A stretch of DNA of 64,000 bases, from NCBI RefSeq assembly GCF_009914755.1, contig NC_060925.1; one strand, 5' to 3'. This document shows, piece after piece, positions 16,300 to 28,140 of the stretch (positions within the stretch are counted from its first letter, which is position 1; every line of letters starts with the position of its first letter). The translations under genes and the position numbers were made by a program. This DNA is from the human T2T-CHM13v2.0 reference genome, Homo sapiens. The notes beneath the pieces are model-generated. The model ran no database searches. It saw only the letters and a list, made by a program, of their open reading frames with translations, and had not been told where the DNA came from.

Positions 16300-16765
16300 T
16301 TTTGTGGGTGTTTCTGTTGGTGAGAATTCTTAAAGTGCAGGAGGTTTGGAGTTTTGCCACAGACAGGTTATTTCATGGGATTATGGTCACTGTTCATTTT
16401 CACACAGGTTCCAAAGCTTGAATATCCAGACAGTGTTGTCTGATAAACAGATGTAATGCACCAAGTCTGCTTAGAATAAAGAGCAACAGACTGTGAGCAC
16501 ATGTTTAGGACTCATTTAAACTCATCAGCATAGTCTAGCTCATAGTTCTCTGTCTCTAGTCTACTTTTGAGGTAGCTTCTTGCTGGTAAAGTAACAAGGA
16601 ATTATTTTTTCTCTGCTACAATTTGCTGCAGAGACTCATGGGAAATTCATTTGCATACATCTTGTTACAAAGACTGACTACTTCCTGGCTTAGACAAAGT
16701 GTTGCCTGATAAACAGACTTAACACACAAATGTCTGTCTGGAATAAACAACGGCAAGCTGAGATT
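16300..16765 (+). repeat. Ancient degenerate tandem duplication, period ~265 bp
   Basis: Collinear anchors at offsets 263-266: ttttg.gg.t.g.ttct (16300/16565), tcatggga (16373/16636), ctgataaacaga (16440/16706), gtctg..ct..gaataaa. Confidence 0.8.
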
Positions 16766-16994
16766 TACATTTCATTATCAAAGATAATCTCTTTCCCAGT
16801 ATATGAGAATTAAGAACCTGTTCTTTAAAACCAGGTCTGTGCTCCTGATGTTTTATACTAGAATCACATCATGTGTCGGTTGGGGTTGATTTTCACAAAG
16901 AAACGAAAAACTTGTTGGGATGTGAAGATCTGTAGGGCAGAGGTAAATGTACATTTTGGGGGGCCTTTATGAGTTTCAAAACCAGGTTTTCTTG

Positions 16995-17115
16995 CTTTAT
17001 TTTATTTGAACCACACAACATCCTGTTAAGTTAGGCAAAATCATCAGTAGTGTCTCCATTTTACAGATGAAGAAACTGAGATCCAGCACAGTTAAATTAT
17101 ATAGCTGAGGTTTCT
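16995..17115 (-). mobile_element. MIR
   Basis: ccattttacagatgaagaaactgag is the reverse MIR core. Confidence 0.75.
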
Positions 17116-20100
17116 AGGACACCATCTTTTTACCATTTCATACTCTTTTCAATGGTGGAATATGAATGCAAGAAAATTAGTACTTTAAGGTGCTACCTGG
17201 ACTTAAATAGCATGTTTACACTTGATAGAGGGCATTTTATTATTTCAATAAAAGTTTGTGCAGACATCCAGGTACATGAAAATAATGCATGTAGATTATA
17301 ACTCAATTATCCTTCATTTTCATTTGAAGCATGTATTTTATAGTAGGAAAGAATACAGGGACATTTTCTACATTAAGTAGTATAGATGGCTGTATGAGTA
17401 ATCTTCAAGTATATATCATCCTGTTGAAGAACTCCAAGAACCTAGTGTTAAGATTAATTTTGATTGTGAAAAAAGTGACTAAATGGGGAAATTAAGCACA
17501 ATTCTGCTATGCAATAATGTTGCAGGGATGGCTTTTTAAGCAGGTCTTTGTTTACATGGGAGTGGGTAGGTGATCGGGTAGACTCAATAACTTGAGTTCT
17601 GAATTAATCAGCAGGCACCGCTGTGAACACAGCGCCTCTTATGGGGAAAACAAAATTCAAAATGATTACCTAGACATTTTAGTTTAGTTTAGTCAAAGCG
17701 TCTTCTCAAAGAAAATGTGAGAAGTTACAAACTTAGTCAAAGTATCATGTTTGCCTGTCTTTTATAATCACCAGCTTCTTACCATTGACTTCATTTATAA
17801 CATCACTGAAAAAGCTGATCATTACTTGAAATTCAGCCTCATGCGAAGATTGAAGGTTTAATGATTGAGTCATTTTGTCATTACTTTCAGAGTGACTGAA
17901 TTTGTCATTTTTAAAGCTTAGAAATGATCCTCCCCTCACTGTCATAACACAACAATAGTTATGCCATTTCATTTTTTTCTCAACGTGTTAGAACTGTGTA
18001 TCATTCTGCAACCTCCTTGTGCATGTAGAAAAATAACACATTGATGAGTAGGTGATAAGGCAGTTGACTCACTCTTCAACTTAAACAGTCTTATCATCGT
18101 ACACAGTACCGACTAAACAGATGGGCCCTGGAATACCAACATTAATGAAATACCAGAAAAGTTGAATTTCTGTAAATTTAATATTTCACAAACTTGTGGC
18201 CAGAAAGGCATTACAAAAAGAAAAGTTTTGAGAAAGAAAATGGTAGTAACCTAGATTATGTAACAGTCTTAAGTAGGCCTTGACAATGCGGTACAGGGGA
18301 GTGACTAAGGGGTGGATCTCCAGAGCAGCTGGCAGCCCCCAGGGTGGTCTGGTGGAGGGAGCCCTTCCAAGTGGCTGCTGCAGGAACACAGACCTTGCTC
18401 CCTGTCTGAATCAGGAGTAGAGGAGATGAGGACCAATGCGTGCAAACTAGCCTGGTCCTTTTGGAGCTAGGAGTTCCCCTGCACCCCGCCACAGCTCCCC
18501 ATCTCCCTTCGATAAAGGACTTACTCTGCATACATTAATTACTGCAGTTACCGTGTACATATATCTAGACAAACACTCAATTCTAGCTTGCTGGGAAAGT
18601 TATAAAGATGAAATTTTGTATTTAAAATCCAGTAATGATAAGATTTCCCATTTAAAGAACCACAGAGTGTTTCCATTTTTAAAGCTTAAGAAAACTTTTA
18701 TGGTATGACTCACCTCATCTTTTATCTGTTTTAGGAACTCGGTTATTGTACGTTAATTTTCATTAAGCGGGCCACAGTTGTGTACATTAATTGACCTTAA
18801 ATATTAGTTTGGTTATTCACTGAGCTTAAAAGATTTTATTCATTCTCTGTAAATGCTAATCATAATTGCATATTTTCGGTGGTCCGGATTTAGTAATGGT
18901 GTTACAGATTTCTGTTTGTTCTTAACCAGACCATGATGGATAATATTATATTTAGCTGATGGTGTTGTATTCATCAATGTTTACCCTTAAGCTACAAATT
19001 GTATATACATGTGTACACCTGTACGCTGACATTCTACATTCTCAAATAAGGTTTTTCCAATATTTTCTTCACACGTCAGTCTTTAAGGTCACGGTCATAC
19101 TGGAAAAAATAGATAATTTTCCTAAATATTACAAAGTATTACAATAATAATTTCTTTTATAACTGCAGCTGTGAGACTAATAAGCAAAATGTGACTATTA
19201 TAGTTATTTGATTTTCTGGATTTCGTTAATGTAATAAACTTATGGTACTGGCTGATCAAAACAGAGTAATTTTAAAAATTATGTTACTCATAAGAACAGA
19301 ATTATTTCTCTATTACAACCTTATAGATGTAGAAAAATGAATTCCTTGGCCTCTTCTGCAGAGTACTTATCTTCCCAAACCCTCAGAAACTAAAACTTAT
19401 CTAAATTTTGAACATCTTTAAGGTCTACAGTTGTAGAGGGTAACTGCTTATTACACTCAGAGTGTAATCACCCTTACTCCTTACTTTCTTTTACCTCAGA
19501 AATGTTCCTAACTCTTCATTTATTTGCAGGAAAGTATTCACTCCTGTCTTTGCCTTTTAGTTTTTATACTACAAACAACTCTAGCTCATGAGAGTGGAAT
19601 TTTCGCTTTATTTCTTTCACTAATATTTTTGGGTTTGGATGCCTTCTGGTTTCTTCATACCGTCTTTTAATTTGGGAGATTTAAAACTGGACATAAAATT
19701 CTAACAAAGGCTCTTCAGACTTCATCTTTAGCCAAATCATTATGCATGTAGGGAGGCTGAAACTTAGGCTATATTATTTTTCTAGTGGAACCAGAATTTG
19801 TGCTTTTATGGTCCATAGACTTTGGTTGCTATCGTGTTGATGGACCAGGAATGACATCGGTTTGTTTTAGGGTGGGAAGGGTTCCTCACCAGTGTGTCTG
19901 CTTTTCCTTTATCAAGAAATTCACAACAGCAGTTGTGAGGATTTTGAGGCAGTCTACAGGCACCAGAATATGGTGGGTTTCTCTAATCATTGTAATTTTT
20001 AAATGTGTGAAATATTCCTCCATCATTCATCATTTTAACCTGTATACATTTCTGGAGGGCCTCCTATGTGTCAGATACGGCTTCAGCTCAGCCTCTGTGC

Positions 20101-20369
20101 TGCTTGGGCCAGTGGATCATAGGAGGTGATTGTCTGCAATTTCTAAACACTGTGTAAGATTTCCAAACCACTCACAAACCAGAGGGATATGCCCTATATT
20201 CCCTTGCCAGGTCTCAAGAAGCAAGGCATCAAGCAGAGATAGAGGACTTTTTGCGCTCCTTTCTCATCTTAGAAGTCCCACTCCCCTTTCAGGTGTAAGC
20301 TTAGCATATTTTTCAGTCACTGACAGTGGTTCAGTATCAGAAAGCTGAACAACAATTGAAATTTCGTCT

Positions 20370-20480
20370 CTTCAGTTCAGCAGTTATTGAACTCCTTGGC
20401 TGGGCCAGGCACCCTGTGGAAAGTACCGGGGATAAGAGAAGAGTAGGAAGGAACTCCTTTCTTTAGAAGCTGACATTCTC
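20370..20480 (-). mobile_element. L2 fragment
   Basis: ttcagcagttattgaactcc..gccaggcaccctgtg...agaagctgacattct resembles the reverse L2 3' end. Confidence 0.5.
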
Positions 20481-23400
20481 AGATGGTTTGAACTCACCTT
20501 ACTACAGCATAATATTAATCACACTGTAAGAGATACATTTGCAATGAAAGAGGGACTGGAGAGGACAAAGTGTTTAATTCTAGGTGAAAGGGAAGATTTA
20601 GCAATATTCTATCTTTGTTTATTGCCTAAAGAACATAAAATACATGGAAGGGATATTTATATTTTTGCCTCACTCATTTTACCATACTAACATGTTTTTG
20701 TCATTCCTCACCTTCCCCAAAGGAATACTGAAGTTTCATTCTGAAGGGGAGTAGACCTGAGGTTTGAGGAGCCGAATATGTGTACATGTAGCAAATCCAG
20801 TACAAGGTTTCCGTTCTTGCATTGTACAAGCGTTTGGAAGCAGAGACAAATATGTAGGCATCAGGATTTATTTTATTCCTTTCCCTAGTGATTACGTTGA
20901 CAGTGAACTATCTTTGTCTGAGTACTCCAGCAATATAGCTGTAGGCGCCATAAAACTGCATAGGTGGATGGCTACCAGTTCAATTAAGAGTTCTTAACCT
21001 AGCCTCCCATATGCAAACCCTGTCTATTTTAGGTTTAAATTTCTGCTCATAAATTTTTTAAAAATCCAAAGAAACATTGCTTTTCAAGGTTAGGTTGAAG
21101 TCTAAGTTTCCTTAAACAAAAAGCAAATCCCTAGATAGGGAAAAAAAATTGATAACCCTAATGTACTTCCTTACAAGAGCATTTCCAACCCCATCCTTTA
21201 AACACAGTGTAAGTAAAATTCTCTTCATTGTAATATACAGATCTTCTGGCTTTCAACCAGTAAGCCAGAGAAACTCACTGGTATGGGAGACTCAGATACA
21301 AGAAGAACATCCAGTTCTATGCAGTTGGGTTTGTTTTCTGAGGTTCCTAATTATTTAAGGTGGTAGAAATCAATCAACCACGTGATATTTGTCCGAAAGA
21401 GTAAGACACAAAGTTACCTTGGCTTCTGACAGGTGTCTATGGAGTATATAAAGGAGAAAAGTGAATTAATTGTTAACCTTCTTGATAGTGTTTTAATGCA
21501 AATGTTTGAGAAAGAGATCTTTCATTTGTATCAATTATACCTGGGTAGAAATTAATTTATAATTTTGGTCATCTGGTTGGCTCCACACTTAACAGCATCA
21601 GTGACCTTTTGCAATACCAGAAAGAGTGTCCATGCATCCTCAGCAGAGAATAGCACTAAGACTGGGTAGTTTTGCTCCTTCTTGGCTGAAAAAGAAAATG
21701 GTATTGAACGGCCGAGGGTAGAAAATAATTATTGAAGTTTTGAGATCATATGCATTTTCTTGTAGATCTTTGGCTTTGCTTGCCCCTTAGCAGGATGGTG
21801 CATTTTAGTATGCAGTCCTCAGATGGATAGCGGTGTCTCCAGCTTTTGAATAAAACTAGAAAAATTAAATTCCGTTTTCAGTTTGGCTGGATGCCTTCTC
21901 CAGTGTTTGTATCTGAGCTTTCACGAGAATGCGGCGGCCCCTTGCAGACCAACTCTGAGCATTTTCTTGCCACTCACTCCTTTGCTGTTGGTTTGCTTAT
22001 TTTTCTGTGGCTTGGAATTTTAAACTTTCTTTGGACATACCTAATATTCATCTTTTATTGTTGTTCATGTTTTCTATTATTATGCTATGTATCTGTAAAG
22101 GTAGGTGACAAATTTAAACAAAAAGTGAAAAGAAGAAAGAAGTCTGCTTTCAGATTAAATAAAAAAAATTTAGGGTCTTTCCTGATCCCTTTTTGCTTTA
22201 ATATTCATGGATAAATATCGGAAAAGTAATTGGCTATTGTATATCTAATAATTGAGATAAAACTATTTTCCATTTATTCATAGAGAAGTGATTAATTATA
22301 AAGATATTACACATAGAAGTAGTACATGGATAGAGATGTATGTTTGCTAGTATTATTCCAAAGAAAATATTATGTTTGGCAAAATTTTATGTATCTGTTT
22401 CGGGACATGATCAAGAATTTTAATTTTCCCTAAAACAAAATTAGATATTTTGCTTTCATTTTAGTTATAGAAATTAATGGTTTAAGATTTTCCAGAACAA
22501 AAACAATGGAGGCATGTCTTTCTCCTAAAATACATTGAATTACTACTCAAAATATTTAATGTGTAATTTCTAATGGCAAAATTATAGGCTTGTTTCCTAG
22601 AAGAAAAAGAAGGTAGTCATGCTGTATTTTTTAATTGTTTGTGATATATATAATATTAATTTATGTAGTTAAAATTTTAAATATGGGTCAATGTAAATTT
22701 GTTTGCATTTCTAATTTTTAGTCTAGGTTTTGTATTTTTGTAGTTTATTCTGAAGGATTTCTTTAAAGGTTTTTGGCATATAATAATACATTTTGTTTGT
22801 GTCTTCTCTGTGGCAATTGTTACAGAACGATAAAAGCTGTCACTTTGCCAGACTCAAATAAAAATTCACTTTTTAGCATCTTCTGTTATTTAAACCTTTG
22901 AATCAACATAGAATTTTTGCTATAGTCACCAGGTTAAGATTATCTGAAAATTTTAAAATGGATATTTTTTGCTATAGCACTTTCTTATAAGTAAAATCTT
23001 CGTTTGCTTAAAAGCAGGGAGTCTTTTAAAGTAATAAATTAGCATTTCTAGACCTAAGGTCACTAGTAGTGCCACTTCTTTCTGCAGCATCTCCAAGAAA
23101 GAGAAGGGTGATGCTATAACTCAGTTGCTATAGAAGTAATATTTTCTGTTTAATCACAGTTAAGTGTCATGACCTTTTGACCTTACATTAAACTTGCAGA
23201 AATGTGGTTAAATTTCAGGCAGCTAATTCAAAACCTGTGAAGTCAAGTTGAAGTTAGGATGCAAGCTCTCCGCAGATACAGAGGTTTTGTTGAAAAAAAA
23301 TTTTTGTGTTTGCTTTTGAACAATGTTGTAAACGACTTCAAGTCTCAGAAAACGCTTTATTTTTAAATCAAAATTTTTCCCCTTGAAACATTTTGCCTGT

Positions 23401-24287
23401 TTTTTCTCTCCTCTCCCCAAAAACTGTACCATAAATATGCTTGTTTCTAATTTTGTGAAATTCTTTTGATCTAAGTTAATTTTATCTAATTTAAAAATTA
23501 AGTTACTTTGATTTTCCCTTATTTCATTTAGAAATTAAGTTAATCAAATTCCTTTTTTAGTTTGAAAATATGATTATATTTTTTAAATTAAAAAATGTTT
23601 AATTCTATAGAGGTGTACAAAAATCTGTTTTTGCAAACAAGTCCTTTTAGGATCTCCCAAATGCATCAGTACAAGAAAAAAATAATTCTTATAAAGCAGG
23701 GGAAACTTGTACCTTCAGAAAGACTTCTTTGAGTTATGCAGTTATTTCAAGAAAATGTGATGGAATATTAGGACTCTAGTATTTAATGGTGTTAGTCTGC
23801 GTAGTCTGTTGCTGGAATGCAGAGCTAAATATCAACAGAACTTGTTACTGTTGTTTGGGTTGCTTTTATATACCAGCTTCAAAATATGTTTTGACACTTT
23901 ATTATGTTCTGAATCAAGCTTCAGATGTGTGTAATGAAGGATGAAGTCTTTATCAGACTCGAGTGTATAAATAGTGGAGAAGAGCAGTTTGGAAATGGTC
24001 TCTCTAAGAGAATGGTTGCTGAAGAGCTTCAAGTTGTGATCTGGCAAAAGCCAATGCCACCGTAGGTGTCCGCAAACCGGAGCGTCCTCTCTAAAGGCAC
24101 AGGCTGCTGCTGCATTTCCCTCTCTTTCTTTTCTCTTTCCATCTTTTCTTTTTTTCATGTCTCATGTCATTTCTGTAATGTTCCCTTTCTTAGTTTATAG
24201 GTTGAACCTTTTGAGAAAGTCTGGCACCTCTGATGCACTTTCCCTTGCAGACCCTGTAATTTTTGGCTGTATTTTTATGTTTTTCAG

Positions 24288-24353
24288 ATTCAAGTCAATC
24301 TGAAAGTCCCAGCCAGCCAAGTGACGCTGACATTAAGGACCAGCCAGAAAATG
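24288..24353 (+). CDS. NFIA: NFIA internal coding exon (exon 3 in usual numbering), 66 nt, phase 1-1, immediately C-terminal to the CTF/NF-I DNA-binding domain
   Basis: Acceptor tttttatgtttttcAG at 24286-24287 and donor AATG|GTAAGT at 24354. Translation (G)AT TCA AGT CAA TCT GAA AGT CCC AGC CAG CCA AGT GAC GCT GAC ATT AAG GAC CAG CCA GAA AAT G gives [23 protein letters not shown], matching the remembered NFIA sequence ...[36 protein letters not shown]... Confidence 0.96.
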
Positions 24354-25235
24354 GTAAGTTTAGCTTGGGACTCTAGCTGCTGCTTTCAGAGTCCACAGCA
24401 GCCAGCAGGCCGACTAAGTGTGAGGATTTGGGGGCCTACCCTATAAGTAGCCCACAGTAGGAACAACTCCAAAGACTCGGAAAAACTCAAGTAGATTACT
24501 TTTAATAGGGCAGCTTCTTGTTCTCGGGATCACCCCAGCAGCCTCAGGACCCCCGGCCCTAAACACTATTAGGGTGCCCATGAGAACCTGAATTCCCAAG
24601 AACGTTGATTACCCAATTAAACTATGAGAAGTGGGGTTAATTTACCAAATCAGATTTTTTTTTAATAGCATTAAGTGAGGAGTCATGGCTTTTTCATTTC
24701 ATTTTAGTTCTTTAATGTGGCAAATGCCCCATGATCATCTTCACTAGTGATTTAAGATCATTCATTCACAAGCAGTTTTAAGCCTTTTGGGAGCTCAACA
24801 CTTTGCCAATTCCTTTAAGAAAAAAAAAATATCTATGCTTTGAAGGATTTTTCTACCTTAAATTGTCTAAAATAAAATAGTGAGGATACAGGGCAGCATT
24901 AAATTCCACTGCTGCATAAATATCTAAATTTTCTGTTGCAGATGCTTTATTAAAATAGAACATACATTATATATGAATATCATAGTATCTGGTAAAATTT
25001 GAATTCGTGGCAGGCACTACAAGTATGAAAAATACTGTCATGGGTTGCAGTTTTATATTGAATAAAACTATCGGTTTCAATAAAAACAGAGACTTCAGTG
25101 AACTAGCAGTGCCTATCATATAACAAACATTGTGTTACATACTTTCACAGATATCATCTCATAAAATTCCAAAATGTTCTTCTTTGCTGATAGCACTGAG
25201 GACTCTGGTGGAATGCTTTACCTTGAAGGGCCTGT

Positions 25236-25800
<565 letters not shown>

Positions 25801-27198
25801 CTTTTATTATTTTTCTTGTCAATATAATTCTGTCATACTTTGTTTTTCACCCACTTTGAATGACCCCATTGCTTGAGTCTCTTCCTTTTGTTGTTCTGTA
25901 CATTGTTCCATGTTGATCTCCATCCAATCTTTTGGAAAAGATAGGCAAACGGAATTATGTTGGTATTGTGGGGTGAAGGATCAAGTTTACCACATTAGCT
26001 ATCCTATCACTGATTTTTCAGAATATGTTTCATTTCCTACCCATGAGAAATTTGATTACATTGCTGGATTCTAGCATTAAATATGGACTGCCTGGCAATT
26101 CCTCTCCTCATCCTGGTATTTTGGTGATATTTTCTTTATCAAAGTTGTCTTTTTAAAGCAGGCAGTTAAAAAAAAAAAAAGAGAGAACTCTGGAGGTTTG
26201 TTTTTAGTGTCATATACAGCTACATCTTATTTTTTGTTGACATTTTAAAGAGTGGTATTTATAGACTAGTTTCGTTCTTTATTTTCCACTTGACTTGTAG
26301 GTGATGTCTTCAAAGTTTCACTTTTTTCTACATATTGTATTTGTGCATAATCTCCCTAAAGATGTCTCCAGAGGTATAATTTTATTTTCATCTTCAAAAA
26401 TGTGTGGACTGTACGGGTGTGTAGTTCGCGTATTTAGGTCTGGCCGCCCCTCTAGCAGGCCTGTGATTCATCTGTCTTCATAAAATGGCCAACAAGCTGT
26501 TCACATGCAAATATAAATTGAGAGCATGAGAGGCCTGGCATGCCTTTCTGGAGCTGCCTGCAATCCCAATATTGTGTGTTTCCCATTCCAGAAAGCAACC
26601 AGGATTGAGCCTGGATTTTTTGGCCAAAGGCAGAGAGATACTAGCCAAGTTCACTTTTAACCTCAGATCACTTGATGCTACTACCTCAAGGATTTACACT
26701 ATCATTTTGGGGAAATCATGTGAGTTCAAAGAAAGAAAGTATTAATATCTAGGAGATAAAGTAATAAATTCCTATCTTTCAGTTTTCTATTTGTTTCAAA
26801 GAAAAAGTAGTAGAAGCTGGCTTATCTTAGCCCCAGTTGAAGAATTATCAGCCTACTCAGTTTTCTGCCTCTTGTCAATCTCAGATGAAGTTAGTGGAGG
26901 AAAAATGATTTTTCTCTTTTCCTTAAAGACACGTAATCCCAAAAGGAATAAATGAAGATTCAGGGCTGGGTATTTACATGCATTAGATAAGGTTCTACTC
27001 TCTGGTGTTGCGTTGATCAAGAGAATGTTTCCTCTTTTTCATTACCTCAGGATATGAAGATGAAGTGTGTGTTTCGTTTTTGTTTTGAAAGAGGGAACTC
27101 TCATAGGTGTATCAACAAAGCTCTAAGAAATTTTGGAATCTTGCTGATTGAAGAAGTAACAGACTTGATTCTTCAAATAAAATGGGAATTCATTACTT

Positions 27199-27246
27199 CA
27201 CATATATGTATGTGTGTGTATATATATATGTATGTTTGTATGTATG
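27199..27246. repeat. (TA/TG)n microsatellite
   Basis: catatatgtatgtgtgtgtatatatatatgtatgtttgtatgtatg. Confidence 0.8.
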
Positions 27247-27591
27247 CGAAAAAATAATATTCTTTTTATCCTAGCTCTTGAGAAAGGTAATGGGAAACGA
27301 ATGGTATTTCCCTAGTAAACCATGGAGAATGAATAGACAAATGGTAACACGCTGTTTCATCCCAAACCGTAAACTGGGCCATGTAACTTTACATAAAGTG
27401 GATGCAGCTGTTTCTTCCCTGTCCAACTAGTCTGCTTTTTCTGTGGAATTTTTGCTTTCTTTTCTTGTACTCCCTTAAGACTCAACTGTAAAAGAAAACA
27501 AATCTTTGTCCAATTAGAGCATTAGATGGGAATTTTGAAGGAATTATCTGAAGCCCAGCGATAAAATATCAGAAGCTCTGAAACTCAAAAT

Positions 27592-28140
27592 TGGTATAAT
27601 ATAATGGGTAAAAACTCTGCCTCTGGAGTCAAAAAGACCTGAGTTCAAATTAAATAATAGCTGAGTGACTGAGTAAGGTACACCCCAATCTCAGTTTTCT
27701 TACCAGTAAAACAGAAATACTAAAAGGAGGCCAGGTGCAGTGGCTCACGCCTATAATCCCAGCACTTTGGGAGGCTGAGGTGAGTCGATCACTTGAGGTC
27801 AGGAGTTCGAAACCAGCCTGGCCAACATGGTGCCCGTCTCTACTAAAAATACAAAAATTAGCCAGGCATAGTGGCACATGCCTGTAATACCACTACTCGG
27901 GAGGCTGAGGCAGCAGACTATCTTGAATCCGGGCAGCAGATGTTGTAGTGAGCCAAGATGGCACCACTTCATCCAGCCTGGGTGACAGAGCAAGACTCCA
28001 TCTCAAAAAAAAAAAAGAAAAGAAAAGAAATAAAATACTAAAAGGACGTATCTCATGAGTGGTAAACTGAGAATATGCATACAAAATAGCATTCTGCCTG
28101 GTTCACAGTAAGGACTCAAAGGAAGGTTACCATTACTACC
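27592..28140 (+). mobile_element. MIR interrupted by an Alu
   Basis: ctctggagtcaaaaagacctgagttcaaat...ctcagttttctt; resumes after 28046. Confidence 0.65.
27729..28032 (+). mobile_element. AluS
   Basis: TSD aaatactaaaagga at 27715-27728 and 28033-28046. Confidence 0.94.

Noticed and set aside
24041-24054. CTGGCaaaaGCCAA as an NFI site
   Set aside because: The spacer is 4 nt, whereas dimeric NFI binding requires N5.
24288-24353. Single-exon circRNA driven by flanking inverted Alus
   Set aside because: The exon is only 66 nt and the nearest upstream Alus are over 10 kb away, so there is no direct support.
26270-26306. Recursive splice site candidates (ttgtAG|GTgatg here; cccAG|GTatct at 36550)
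   Set aside because: The reconstituted donors do not match GTRAG and are too weak to support.
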